From NCBI GenBank assembly GCA_963787465.1, contig CAWBDD010000025.1, forward strand, positions 4,306-68,305: DNA of 64,000 bases, in the 5' to 3' direction. The notes below the pieces were generated by a model. It was not told the origin of the DNA and ran no database searches. It was given only the letters and a program-made list of their open reading frames with translations. The stretch's first letter is position 1. Each line of letters begins with the position of its first letter. This document shows, in pieces, positions 15,287 to 25,561 of this stretch. Position numbers and translations under genes: made by a program. Origin of the DNA: an uncultured Thermoplasmata archaeon. GTDB taxonomy: Archaea; Thermoplasmatota; Thermoplasmata; UBA10834.

Positions 15287-17716
15287 ATGAAAAATAGGAT
15301 TCTAGGAATAGTGCTAGCCCTTTGCCTGTTGGCGGTAGCCTTCGTCGCTGTCCCTACGGACGCTGCGATCTACTACACGGGCAGTGTGCAGACGACTGAT
15401 GACACGGGCGACTCCCAGGACATGTACTACCGCGGCGACAGGGTCTATGTCGCCGTCGAGGCGTACTACATGGGAGAGCCCTCGACCGTCGATATACTCG
15501 TCGAACTTGTGAGCCAGTCGGGCACGACCGTCTCCTCGTTCTACGCGACCACGGATGACCCGGACGTAGGCGTCTACGACAGCTGGTCGGCGTTGCCGAC
15601 CCACTGGCTGACGACCAACAGCCTGAGCTTCGTGAGCGGCGTCGCCGTCGGCGATGTCGTGGTGAGCGCGTGGGACGGCTGGGACTACGTCGAGTTCGAC
15701 AGGGCCCAGATAATGGTCAAGGACGAGGGACTGACCGTCAGCCCCGACGCCTGGATGTTCTACCCCGGCGAGACCGTGACGATAACCTTGATCACGGCCG
15801 AGACGGTGGACTTCTATGTCGAGGTCGTCAACGAGACCTATGACGACATAGAGAACTGGACCAACGAGGAGGCAGTCGACGGCTACTGGAGCATCGTGTG
15901 GGTAATACCCTCCGACACCCCCGACGACGTGTACATGATAAACGTCAGGGAGGAGTCCAACCACGACATATGGTACACATACTGGATGAGCATCCAGATG
16001 TACGAGCTCCTCGTCGACGCGAACAGGTACAACGTCCTGCCGGGCGAGACGGTCGACATCTACTACGAGGTAGTGGAGATAGCGACCATGACCAGCTACG
16101 AGCTGGTCACGCTCGAGTGGCAGGCCGAGTGGCAGAACGAGTCGGGCAACTACACCTACGACGACGGGACGATGCCCGGCAGCGCAGGCACCTGGCAGTT
16201 CGATGTTCCGACGAACATAGCCCCCTACTCGTGGATCTATCTCACGTTCTGGGCGAACGACACCGACGACAGGGTCGCAGAGACATGGGTGACCCTGACG
16301 ATCGGCCCGCTCATGGCTGAGCTCACCCTGGACGACGGCCCCTATGTGCCGGGAGAGACGGTCAGCACCGAGGTCTATGTCAGCGTGTTCAACGACGACT
16401 ACTGGAGCTGGGACAACCTCCCGGGCGCCACGGTGGACGTATCGGTCTCGTTCAACGACACCGATATCCCTGAGTACGGCGTCAGCGGACTCGTCACCGA
16501 CGTGAGCGGCACGGTATCGCACGACTTCGACCTGTCGCAGAACGCCACGCAGGGCGCGTACATCGTGACGGTCACCGTCTCGAAGCTCGACTACGAGGTC
16601 GAGCTGATGGCGGTCTTCTCCGTCGGGTACACCGGCGAGCTCAGCGTGGAGTTCGACAAGGAGTACTACTACTCCGGGCAGATAGCGACCTTCGGCTTCA
16701 CGGCCTACTGGAACAACCAGGAGATCCAGAGCGAGTCGATATTCTACCTGGTCTACGACGACATCGGCCTCGTCTTCACGGACAACACGACGACGGGCAC
16801 TGGTGCGTACCAGATCAACAGCACCTATGTCGGCGGCCTGTGGATCGAGGCGGTCATGAACCTCGACGGGTACATGCTCAACGGATATGCAGCGACCGAT
16901 GTCGAGATGGCAGACGTCGTGCTCACGCCGTCGAGCAGCGAGTACAGGCCCGGGGACAACGTGGTCTTCACGTACAGCATCATAACGGAGATCTCGACCG
17001 CGGACCTGAGCTACAGCATCGTCGATGACATGGGCGTCGAGGTCCAGAGCGGAGACCTGTCGTTCGTGCAGATGGGGTCGTTCAACCTGACGGTGCCCGC
17101 CAAGCCGGCGGAGTCGTACACCGCGACGGTGACGATGAACGACAACCTCGGCCACATAGTGAGCGACACGGCGACGACCTGGCTGGCGACATACCACGAG
17201 ATCAACATCTGGCTGATCTCCAGCTCCGGGTTCACATCGAGGGCCTTCGAGCCTGGGACGACGCTGACCTTCGGGTACAGCATCGACTCCTACGCAGGGA
17301 CCGACCTCGAGGTGTACGAGATCCGGATCTACAACTACGGCGACGATGTCAACTTCAGGCTGCTCGTGACCGCCGCGGACGGAGAGTTCACCTACCAGAT
17401 CCCCGAGACCGCCCTCGACGGCGGGTACGGGGTCGAGTGCGACCTCTACGACCCGATCTCGAACACGTACTGGGACTACGACTACGTGTCCTACACGGTC
17501 ATGAAGGACCAGTCGACGTGGGACAAGTCGATCGGAGGACTCGACGTCTTCGAGGTCATGGTGCTCCTGTTGCTGGCGCTGATCATCGTGGTGCTCATAG
17601 TCATGCCCTTCGTCAAGGGCAGGATGGGCGCCCCGAAGAAGCCCAAGGCCGAGCCGGCGATGCAGATGCCCACGCCCGCGCCCCCGCCCGCAGAGGGGAA
17701 CCCCCCGAGCGGCTGA
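15287..17716 (+). CDS. Large acidic surface glycoprotein with about 7 Ig/MG-like repeats (S-layer candidate)
   Basis: Signal peptide; repeated Y.PG(E/D)TV motif; many NxS/T sequons; C-terminal TM and Pro-rich tail. Confidence 0.75.
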   Translation: MKNRILGIVLALCLLAVAFVAVPTDAAIYYTGSVQTTDDTGDSQDMYYRGDRVYVAVEAYYMGEPSTVDILVELVSQSGTTVSSFYATTDDPDVGVYDSWSALPTHWLTTNSLSFVSGVAVGDVVVSAWDGWDYVEFDRAQIMVKDEGLTVSPDAWMFYPGETVTITLITAETVDFYVEVVNETYDDIENWTNEEAVDGYWSIVWVIPSDTPDDVYMINVREESNHDIWYTYWMSIQMYELLVDANRYNVLPGETVDIYYEVVEIATMTSYELVTLEWQAEWQNESGNYTYDDGTMPGSAGTWQFDVPTNIAPYSWIYLTFWANDTDDRVAETWVTLTIGPLMAELTLDDGPYVPGETVSTEVYVSVFNDDYWSWDNLPGATVDVSVSFNDTDIPEYGVSGLVTDVSGTVSHDFDLSQNATQGAYIVTVTVSKLDYEVELMAVFSVGYTGELSVEFDKEYYYSGQIATFGFTAYWNNQEIQSESIFYLVYDDIGLVFTDNTTTGTGAYQINSTYVGGLWIEAVMNLDGYMLNGYAATDVEMADVVLTPSSSEYRPGDNVVFTYSIITEISTADLSYSIVDDMGVEVQSGDLSFVQMGSFNLTVPAKPAESYTATVTMNDNLGHIVSDTATTWLATYHEINIWLISSSGFTSRAFEPGTTLTFGYSIDSYAGTDLEVYEIRIYNYGDDVNFRLLVTAADGEFTYQIPETALDGGYGVECDLYDPISNTYWDYDYVSYTVMKDQSTWDKSIGGLDVFEVMVLLLLALIIVVLIVMPFVKGRMGAPKKPKAEPAMQMPTPAPPPAEGNPPSG

Positions 17717-17849
17717 GAGAGCGCAGGTCAGCCACGAAACGCTGAAACCCTTTAACTCCATCTTTTATCGACCCACTTATGGCTGAGGCCACGCCCCGGT
17801 CCCGCGCCGCGAGATAACGCTTATACCCCACCTCCCCGATAGACGGGCG

Positions 17850-19175
17850 ATGCCTGACAGGGATGTGGCAGTCATCGGCCTGGGATACGTCGGCATACCG
17901 CTCGCCGTGCTGCTCGCGGAGAAGGGGTTGGACGTCGTCGGGATGGACATCTCCAAGGAGAGGGTGGACGCCATCAACGCCGGGCGGCTCCCCCTCAAGG
18001 GGGACGAGCCCGGGCTCGCGCAGAAGCTCAAGAAGGTCGTCAGGGCGGACAAGCTCAGGGCGGCCGGATCGTACGGCGCACTGAAGGACCGCACGGTCGT
18101 GTTCGTCTGCGTCGACACGCCCTTGGACGACCAGCGCAGGCCTGACCAGAGCAGGCTGATGACCGCGGCCATCGGCATAGGCGAGAACATGCGCAGGGGC
18201 ACGCTCGTGGTCGTGGAATCGACCGTCGCCCCCGGCACGATGCTCAGCGTCGTCGCGCCCGCCCTCGAGCGCGTGAGCGGGATGACGCGCGGGAAGGATT
18301 TCAAGCTCGCCCACTGCCCGGAGAGGGTCATGCCGGGCAGGCTCATACACAACCTCACCACCTACGACCGCGTGCTCGGGGGGCTCGACGGGGCGAGCAT
18401 CTCCAGGGCCACGGCCGTCTACTCCAGGATCATGAAGGGGAAGCTGCACCCTACCAGCCTCACCGGCGCCGAGGTCGTCAAGACGGCCGAGAACGCCTAC
18501 AGGGACGTGCAGATCGCCTTCGCCAACGAGGTCGGGCTCATCTGCGAGAAGCTCGGCGTCGACGCCTTCGAGGTGCGCAGGCTCGTCAACACCTGCCCGT
18601 TCAGGGACATGCACATCCCGGGCGCGGGCGTGGGCGGGCACTGCCTGCCTAAGGACCCGTGGCTGCTGGCCTACGGCGGCAGGGCGGCCGAGCCGAGGCT
18701 CATACCCGCGGCGAGGGCCATCAACGACGGGATGCCTTTCCACATGCTGGACCTCGCGGAGGACGCTCTCAAGGAGGCGGGGATAAGGCGCAGGGACGCC
18801 GTCGTCGCGGTACTCGGCGCATCCTTCCTGCAGGACAGCGGCGACGCGAGGAACTCGCCGTCGGTGCCGGTCATCCAGGGCATGGGGACCGCGAAGGAGC
18901 TCAGGGTCCACGACCCGTACCTCGACGAGATGGCGGGGGTGGAGGTCACGCACGACCTCGAGGAGGCCCTCTCTGGTGCGGACATAGCCGTGTTCATGGT
19001 GTCGCACAAGGGGTACGCCGAGCTGACGCCCTCGAAGCTCAAGAGACTCATGCGGACCAAGGTCGTGGTCGACGGCAGGAACATCTTCGACGAGAAGGCG
19101 ATGGCGAAGGCGGGGTTCGTCTACAGGGGGCTCGGAAAGGGGCTCACCCGAGGAGCTCGCGGAGCCCGTCGCTGA
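17850..19175 (+). CDS. Nucleotide-sugar 6-dehydrogenase (UDP-GlcNAc/ManNAc dehydrogenase family)
   Basis: GLGYVG, ESTVAPG, CPERV.PG and GVGGHCLPKDP. Confidence 0.93.
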   Translation: MPDRDVAVIGLGYVGIPLAVLLAEKGLDVVGMDISKERVDAINAGRLPLKGDEPGLAQKLKKVVRADKLRAAGSYGALKDRTVVFVCVDTPLDDQRRPDQSRLMTAAIGIGENMRRGTLVVVESTVAPGTMLSVVAPALERVSGMTRGKDFKLAHCPERVMPGRLIHNLTTYDRVLGGLDGASISRATAVYSRIMKGKLHPTSLTGAEVVKTAENAYRDVQIAFANEVGLICEKLGVDAFEVRRLVNTCPFRDMHIPGAGVGGHCLPKDPWLLAYGGRAAEPRLIPAARAINDGMPFHMLDLAEDALKEAGIRRRDAVVAVLGASFLQDSGDARNSPSVPVIQGMGTAKELRVHDPYLDEMAGVEVTHDLEEALSGADIAVFMVSHKGYAELTPSKLKRLMRTKVVVDGRNIFDEKAMAKAGFVYRGLGKGLTRGARGARR

Positions 19176-20037
19176 GAGAGACCTTGGCCTCGAACCCGAT
19201 GAGGGTCCGTGCCTTCTTCATGTCCGCGCAGCTGTGCCTTATGTCGCCGGTCCGCGGCGGCCCGAACTCTGGCCTCAGGTCCTTCCCGGACACCGACACG
19301 ACGAGCTTGGCGAGGTCCAGGATGCTGGTCGAGGCGCCGCTGCCGCAGTTGAGCACCTCCCCCGACAGGTCCTTCCTCTCTGCGAGCATGCGCACCATCT
19401 GCGCCACGTCCCGGGCGTGTATGAAGTCGCGCGTCTGGAGACCGTCACCGTCGATCACCGGTGGCCTGCCTGCGCCGACCCTCTCGACGAACTTGGTGAT
19501 GACCCCGGAGTACGGGCTCTTCGGGTCGGCCCTGACCGAGTAGAAGTTGAAAGGTCGGACGACCACAGCCTGGAGTGGCGTTGAGGCCGCGTACGAGAGT
19601 GCGAACCGCTCCCCCGCGAGCTTGCTCGAGCCGTAGTTGCTCATGGGCTCCGTCGGGTGCCTCTCGTCGATCGGGACGTACTTGGGGTCGCCCAGCACGG
19701 CGGCGCTGCTGATGTACACGAACCTGGAGACGCCAGCCCCGAGCGACTCGTGAAGGAGGTTGACCGTGCCGATGACGTTCGTCTCGGCGTCGGCGACAGG
19801 GTCCTCGAAGGACCTCACCACGCTCACCTGGGCGGCGCAGTGGACGACGCAGTCGACGCCTTTGAGAGCCCGCTTGACGTCCGCCGGCCTCCTGATGTCG
19901 CCCTCGAGCGTGACCTCCCTGACGCCAGGGTATGGCGACGGCCTGAGGTCCAGCCCGACGACCTCGTGGTCGCCGGCCATGAGCTCGCACACGAATGAAC
20001 CGAGCTGGCCAGCGCTGCCTGTCACGAGGACCTTCAT
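19144..20037 (-). CDS. NAD-dependent epimerase/dehydratase (extended SDR)
   Basis: TGSAGQLG, YGSSK and DG.QTRDFIH..D. Confidence 0.92.
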   Translation of the reverse strand: MKVLVTGSAGQLGSFVCELMAGDHEVVGLDLRPSPYPGVREVTLEGDIRRPADVKRALKGVDCVVHCAAQVSVVRSFEDPVADAETNVIGTVNLLHESLGAGVSRFVYISSAAVLGDPKYVPIDERHPTEPMSNYGSSKLAGERFALSYAASTPLQAVVVRPFNFYSVRADPKSPYSGVITKFVERVGAGRPPVIDGDGLQTRDFIHARDVAQMVRMLAERKDLSGEVLNCGSGASTSILDLAKLVVSVSGKDLRPEFGPPRTGDIRHSCADMKKARTLIGFEAKVSLSDGLRELLG

Positions 20038-20081
20038 CGGGGGACAATCGAGCAGGTGGGATATCTAGGTTCTCAGCCCGC

Positions 20082-21059
20082 TCACGCGATGTTCTCCCTC
20101 TGCCCCGACCGCATGGACGCGAGCGCCGCCTCGGCTATCCTGAGCGTGTGGACCGCGTCCTCGCCCGAGACCAGGGGACGGGTCCCCTTCTCGACCGCGG
20201 AGACGAAGTCCCTCAGCTCCCGCTTCAGCGGCTCCTCCTTCTTGAGCGCGATGCGCCGCATGTCGAACTCCAGCGGCACGTTGTACAGGTTCCCCTTGTC
20301 TATCGACTGGAACGACGAGGAGCAGACCAGCGCGCTCTGGTCCATGTAGTCGACCTCGACGAAGTTCTTGCTGCATGTGAGCGCGAGTTTCCTGACCTTC
20401 ATGGGCGTGAGCCAGTTGACCTCGATGAACCCCGTGGTCCCGCCCTCGAAGTCGATGAGTATGTTCGCGTGGTCCTCGTACTTCATGTCCTTGCCCCGGC
20501 CGCCGAGGGTGTAGACCGACTTCGCCCGCCTGGCGACGACATGCTGCACGACGTCTATGTCGTGGATCCCCAGGTCCATCACGACCCCGACGTCCCTGAT
20601 CCTGTTCGGCATGGACGAGACGCGCCTGGTCGCGGCCGTTATGAGCTCCCCGAACTCGCCTCCCTCGACCGCCTTCTTGGCGAATGCGACCGTCGGGTTG
20701 TGCCTCTCGGTGAAACCGCCAGCCAATACCCGCCCCTTCGCCTTGGCCAGGTCGACGAGCCCTCTGAGGTCATCGGAGTTGCCCGTCATCGGCTTCTCGA
20801 GGAGCACGTGCTTCCCGGCGCGGAGCGCGTCCGTGGCGACCTGCAGGTGTGTTGTCGTCGGTGTGACTATGACGACGGCGTCCACATCCGTCGCGAGGAG
20901 CGTGTGGTGGTCCGTGAACGACGGGACCGAGTGCTTCGCCGCGACCGACCTGGCCAGATCTGGGACCGTGTCCGCGATGCCGGCGAGCATGCCCATCTCT
21001 CCGAGGATGCGCACGTGGTTCTGACCCATGGAGCCTACGCCTATGACCCCGATCTTCAT
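20082..21059 (-). CDS. Gfo/Idh/MocA oxidoreductase (probable UDP-HexNAc(A) 3-dehydrogenase)
   Basis: GVGSMGQNH, LEKP and DLGIHDID; neighbouring nucleotide-sugar genes. Confidence 0.85.
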   Translation of the reverse strand: MKIGVIGVGSMGQNHVRILGEMGMLAGIADTVPDLARSVAAKHSVPSFTDHHTLLATDVDAVVIVTPTTTHLQVATDALRAGKHVLLEKPMTGNSDDLRGLVDLAKAKGRVLAGGFTERHNPTVAFAKKAVEGGEFGELITAATRRVSSMPNRIRDVGVVMDLGIHDIDVVQHVVARRAKSVYTLGGRGKDMKYEDHANILIDFEGGTTGFIEVNWLTPMKVRKLALTCSKNFVEVDYMDQSALVCSSSFQSIDKGNLYNVPLEFDMRRIALKKEEPLKRELRDFVSAVEKGTRPLVSGEDAVHTLRIAEAALASMRSGQRENIA

Positions 21060-21148
21060 GCGTGCGAAATCACGCTCGGCTGTAATAACTGTTGGGTACG
21101 CCTCCAAAGGCTTATCACCGTGTGGGCCGATGCGCACCCGGTCATCCC

Positions 21149-21328
21149 ATGAAGAGGAAGCTGATGGAGATACTGGCATGCCCAGTGTGCAAGCAGCATC
21201 CGCTCGAGCTGAAGGCCGTTAAGGAGGACGAGAGGGAGGTCCTCGAAGGGTCGATCAGGTGCTCGAAGTGCAAGGTGGACTATCCCATCGAGGACGGCAT
21301 ACCGAACATGCTGCCGCCAGAGGGATGA
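21149..21328 (+). CDS. Trm112-like methyltransferase activator
   Basis: MKRKLMEILACPVCK...CSKC...YPIEDGIPNMLPP. Confidence 0.9.
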   Translation: MKRKLMEILACPVCKQHPLELKAVKEDEREVLEGSIRCSKCKVDYPIEDGIPNMLPPEG

Positions 21329-21332
21329 GGCA

Positions 21333-21794
21333 CTAGTAATCGTCCTTGGCGGGCGGCTGGGACTCGAGAAGCCACTTCAGCAGTTCCATGCTCTTGCACG
21401 CCGACTGCTCCAGGCTCTTCCCCAGGGAGTCCTTCTCGTCCGCGCGCAGCGCGAGGTTCTGTGGCAGGTCGTACTCGAAGTCGAAGGTTATGAGCACCCT
21501 GCCGCCGACGTCCTTGAACTCCCAGGTGACCTTGGTCCTGATGCCACGGCTCGACTTCATGACGATCTTCTTGTTCTTCTGGAACTCGACGATGTCTATG
21601 GCGGTGTTCAGCTCAACCTTCCCGAGGACCATGACGCCGTCGAAGGAGGAGCCTGGCCCGTACTGCACGACGGAGACTGGCTTGAGCGACACGTAGACAG
21701 GGAAGTAGTTCTGGAAGTTCTTCCAGTCGGCGACGTACTCGAACGCATCGGACAACGTGCACTTGGCCGCAGTTCGCTGCTTACAGACCTGCAT
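21333..21794 (-). CDS. SRPBCC/START-like ligand-binding protein
   Basis: AFEYVADWKNFQNYFP motif; about 150 aa; C-terminal helix. Confidence 0.75.
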   Translation of the reverse strand: MQVCKQRTAAKCTLSDAFEYVADWKNFQNYFPVYVSLKPVSVVQYGPGSSFDGVMVLGKVELNTAIDIVEFQKNKKIVMKSSRGIRTKVTWEFKDVGGRVLITFDFEYDLPQNLALRADEKDSLGKSLEQSACKSMELLKWLLESQPPAKDDY

Positions 21795-22048
21795 CGGGCT
21801 TCCAGGACGGATACAAACACGGGGGCTATTAAGCCTTGGCGGAGTCCGTAGCGGGGGCTGGGAGACACGGTGCGGGGGAGTGCGCATACCGCGCATGACG
21901 GTGTGAAGATGCGGACGATCCGGCCAGCCCGGAGTCGCGTCCGGGGCACAGAATCGGACATCGCCAGCGAACCCGTGCAACAGATTGATATCGGGGAGCC
22001 GCTTACACAGTTCACCATAGCGTGGCAGAGTCTAGCAGGGTGATGTTG

Positions 22049-23620
22049 ATGAAGGTGCTCGTCGCGGACGATATCTCGAAGAACGGCGTCGAGATGCTTA
22101 AGGCGAAAGGCTACAAGGTCGATGTCAGGACAGGGCTCAAGGAGGACGAGCTCGTCAAGACGATAAAGGACTACGACGTCATGCTCGTCAGGAGCGCGAC
22201 CAAGGTCACGAGGAAGATCATCGAGGCGTCCAAGCTCAAGGTCATAGGCAGGGCCGGCATCGGGGTCGACAACATCGACGTCGACGCCGCCACCGAGAGG
22301 GGCATACTGGTCATGAACGCACCCTCGGGGAACGTCATCTCCACGGCGGAGCTGACCGTCGGACTCATCTTCGCGCTGGCAAGGCGCATCCCGCAGGCCG
22401 ACGCATCCATGAAGAGGGGCGAGTGGAAGCGCAAGGAGATGAAGGGGGCGCAGGTCTCCGGGAAGACCCTCGGGATCATAGGCCTGGGAAGGGTCGGGGC
22501 CGAGGTCACGAAGAGGGCCTCCGCGCTCGGCATGAAGGTCATCGCCTACGACCCCCTGGTGGCACCAGAGGTCGGCGTGAAGCTGCACGTGCGCCTCGTC
22601 ACGCTCGACAGGGTGCTCGAGGAGTCTGACTTCGTCACCGTGCACACGCCGCTCACGCCGCAGACGAAGGACATCGTCGGAAGGAACGAGCTCGTGAAGA
22701 TGAAGAAGGGTGCGGTCATCATCAACTGCGCCAGGGGAGGCGTCGTCAACGAGGACGCGCTCTACGAGGCGCTCTCGGAGAACAGGATCGCGGGCGCTGC
22801 CCTGGACGTGTTCACGAGCGAGCCACCGACCGGGTCCAAGCTGCTCGCGCTCCCGAACATCATACTCACGCCGCACCTCGGTGCGACGACCAGCGAGGCG
22901 CAGGAGGACGTCGGCTCTGAGATCGCGGAGCAGGTCGTGGCGTACCTCAAGGACAACATAATCAGGAACGCCGTGAACCTCCCGGCGAAGCTGGACCCGG
23001 AACTGATCCCGTACATGCCCCTGGCGGAGAAGCTCGGGACCCTCGCGTGCCAGCTCGGGAAGTGCGCTGCGGGGAAGGTCGAGGTGTCGTGCAGGGGCGA
23101 CATCGCGCAGAGGGATACCAGGATCATCGTCGCCAGCGTGGTCACGGGGCTCCTCCGGCCGATGTCCGAGGAGTACAACGTGAACTACATCAACGCCCTC
23201 GCGATGGCCAAGGCGCGCGGACTCGAGATAGTCTCATCGACCTCCGACGACGCTGGCCAGTTCAAGAACCTCATACGGGTGACTCTCAGGACCGACGGGG
23301 TGTCGACCTCGGCGGCCGGGGCGCTCCTCCAGGACAAGGGTCCGAGGATCGTGGAGATCGACGGCAGCCTCGGTCGACATCGAGCCCGAGGGGAACTTCC
23401 TGCTCATCGCGCACATGGACAAGCCCGGCATGATAGGCAAGGTCGGGACCGTGCTCGGGCGGCAACGACGTCAACATCGCCAGCATGGAGGTCGCGCGAG
23501 CAGAAGGTGCGCGGACCTGCCATGATGATACTCCACCTCGACGACGACCTCCCGCCCGCGGTGCTGGAGAAGGTCCGGAAGATATCGGACCTCACATCCG
23601 CAACGTCGATAAGGCTTTAA
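22049..23620 (+). CDS. serA: D-3-phosphoglycerate dehydrogenase with ASB and ACT domains; apparent indels in the ACT region
   Basis: GRAGIGVDNID, GLGRVG and TPHLGATT. The ACT motif DKPGMIGKVG...NIA lies in shifted frames at about 23372-23500. Confidence 0.93.
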   Translation: MKVLVADDISKNGVEMLKAKGYKVDVRTGLKEDELVKTIKDYDVMLVRSATKVTRKIIEASKLKVIGRAGIGVDNIDVDAATERGILVMNAPSGNVISTAELTVGLIFALARRIPQADASMKRGEWKRKEMKGAQVSGKTLGIIGLGRVGAEVTKRASALGMKVIAYDPLVAPEVGVKLHVRLVTLDRVLEESDFVTVHTPLTPQTKDIVGRNELVKMKKGAVIINCARGGVVNEDALYEALSENRIAGAALDVFTSEPPTGSKLLALPNIILTPHLGATTSEAQEDVGSEIAEQVVAYLKDNIIRNAVNLPAKLDPELIPYMPLAEKLGTLACQLGKCAAGKVEVSCRGDIAQRDTRIIVASVVTGLLRPMSEEYNVNYINALAMAKARGLEIVSSTSDDAGQFKNLIRVTLRTDGVSTSAAGALLQDKGPRIVEIDGSLGRHRARGELPAHRAHGQARHDRQGRDRARAATTSTSPAWRSREQKVRGPAMMILHLDDDLPPAVLEKVRKISDLTSATSIRL

Positions 23621-23666
23621 ATCCGACAGCGACATTGCCAGTACTGGCAATCGCCCTGTCGGAGAC

Positions 23667-24239
23667 TTGGGAGCATTTCGAAGGATCATCGAGATCAGGG
23701 AGGGGCGCATAGACGACCTCGGCGCCGTGGTCGACCTGTGGGAGGAGCTCGTCGAGCATCACGGGAGGCTGTCCCCTCAATTCGCCCCTGCGGCCGACAG
23801 CCGCGAGAAGTGGTCCAAGTACCTGGCCAAGAAGTTCTCGGAGAAGAGCACTAAGCTCATCGTCGCGCAGGAGGACGGCGAGATCGTCGGCTTCATGCTC
23901 TGCCTGCTCTCCCCGAACGCCCCCATCTTCAAGGAGAGGACGCTCGGCCTCATCTCCGACGTGTATGTCAGGAAGGAGAGGAGGCAGAAGGGCGTCGCGA
24001 AGGAGATGCTGAAGGTCGGCCTCAGATGGTTCATGAAGAACAAGGTCAAGAGCGTGCAGCTCTCCGTCGCCGCCGCCAACTTCGAGGCGAGGGCGGTCTG
24101 GGGACAGCTCGGGTTCAAGCCGCACATGATCCAGAAGCGTCTCGATATGGACGCCTACCATGCGTCGAGGCTCCTCGCCCAGGGACCGAAGAGGATCCGC
24201 AGGAAGATCGTGAAGAAGAGGACCGGACCCAAGGCCTGA
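23667..24239 (+). CDS. GNAT family acetyltransferase
   Basis: VYVRKERRQKGVA motif A; N.EARAVWGQLGF. Confidence 0.9.
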   Translation: MGAFRRIIEIREGRIDDLGAVVDLWEELVEHHGRLSPQFAPAADSREKWSKYLAKKFSEKSTKLIVAQEDGEIVGFMLCLLSPNAPIFKERTLGLISDVYVRKERRQKGVAKEMLKVGLRWFMKNKVKSVQLSVAAANFEARAVWGQLGFKPHMIQKRLDMDAYHASRLLAQGPKRIRRKIVKKRTGPKA

Positions 24240-24281
24240 GCCCTGGGAAAGGGAAGGCGAGGGGACTCGATGTCCCCAGCC

Positions 24282-25433
24282 TCATGCCAGCGCTTTCTTG
24301 ATGCGCTCGAGCCCGACCTCGATGCTCTTCTTGTCCGTGGCGTACGAGAACCTCAGGTGCTGCTCGCCGGATGCGCCGAACGCGGCGCCACCAGTGCAGG
24401 CGACCTCGGCCTTGTCCATCAGGTGAAGGGCCATCTCCTCGGACTTCATCTTGCCCTCGTACCTCGGGAAGACGTAGAATGCGCCCTTGGGGATGTCGCA
24501 CTTCAGCTGCGGGATCTCCTTGATGATCTTCATGACGAGGTCCCTGCGCTCCTGGAACTCCTTGACCATCGCCCTCATCGGCTCCTGCGGACCCGTGAAC
24601 GCCGCGAGCGCACCGTACTGCGCGAAGGAGCAGGCGTGCGTTATCGAGTGCTGCTGGACCTTGTTGATGCCCTTGAAGATCGGCTTCGGGGCGATCAGCC
24701 AGCCCATGCGCCAGCCGGTCATCGCGTACGTCTTCGAGAAGCCGCTGATCGTGATGGTCCTGTCGAACATCCCCGGCTCCGCGGCGATGGAGTGGTGCTT
24801 CAGGCCGTCGAAGATGATCTTCTCATAGACCTCGTCCGTGAGCACGAGCAGGTCGTGGTCCTTGGCCAGGTCCGCGATCCCCTTGATGTCCCCCTTGGTC
24901 GCGACCGACCCGCACGGGTTGGACGGCGAGTTCATGAGTATCATCTTGGTCTTCGGGGTGATGAGCTCGGCGATCCTCTCCGGGACCATCCTCCACTCGT
25001 CCTCCTCGCGCGTCACGCACGGGACGGCCTTCCCGCTCGCGAGCTGGACGCAGGGTTCGTATGTGACCCAGGACGGGTCGGGGAGGATGACCTCGTCACC
25101 CGCGTCGATCGTCGCCAGGATGGTCTCGAAGATGGCCTGCTTCGTGGGCGTGACGATGACATCGGACGCGGAGCAAGGGATACCGTTGTCCCTCTTGGAC
25201 GCCACGGCGATGGCCTCTCTCAGCTCGGGGAGTCCAGGGGCATTGAGGTACCTCGTCTTGCCCTCGTCCAGCGCCTTCTTCGCCGCTTCGACGATGTGCT
25301 TGGGTGTGTCAAAATCCGGCTCTCCGACGGTGAAGGAGATGATCTTCTTGCCCTCGGCCTTCTTCTTGCCGGCCAGCTCCTTCATCTTCATCGTGCCTGA
25401 CTCCTGCACGCGCATTACCCGTTCCGACAGCAT
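24282..25433 (-). CDS. Class I/II PLP aminotransferase (aspartate/aromatic)
   Basis: GEPDF, NSPSNP.G, DEVY and SGFSKTYAMTGWRMG. Confidence 0.95.
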   Translation of the reverse strand: MLSERVMRVQESGTMKMKELAGKKKAEGKKIISFTVGEPDFDTPKHIVEAAKKALDEGKTRYLNAPGLPELREAIAVASKRDNGIPCSASDVIVTPTKQAIFETILATIDAGDEVILPDPSWVTYEPCVQLASGKAVPCVTREEDEWRMVPERIAELITPKTKMILMNSPSNPCGSVATKGDIKGIADLAKDHDLLVLTDEVYEKIIFDGLKHHSIAAEPGMFDRTITISGFSKTYAMTGWRMGWLIAPKPIFKGINKVQQHSITHACSFAQYGALAAFTGPQEPMRAMVKEFQERRDLVMKIIKEIPQLKCDIPKGAFYVFPRYEGKMKSEEMALHLMDKAEVACTGGAAFGASGEQHLRFSYATDKKSIEVGLERIKKALA

Positions 25434-25561
25434 TTCGGTCGCCTCGTGAAGGGTCAGGCGGCCCACAAATATAAAGCATTGGTGTCCATCTTTCGGCAGA
25501 CCGCCGCGCGAGTAGCCGATACGACAAAACCCTATTATCCCGCGACGACCTTCGAAGCGCC

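Noticed and set aside
15314-17761. 815-aa antisense ORF and many other long overlapping ORFs (e.g. 17613-19007, 24270-25400, 34193-35509)
   Set aside because: Shadow frames of GC-rich genes with biased codon use; no protein motifs.
21800-22040. Riboswitch or ncRNA upstream of serA
   Set aside because: Only short GC stems; no SRP, RNase P or riboswitch consensus recognised.
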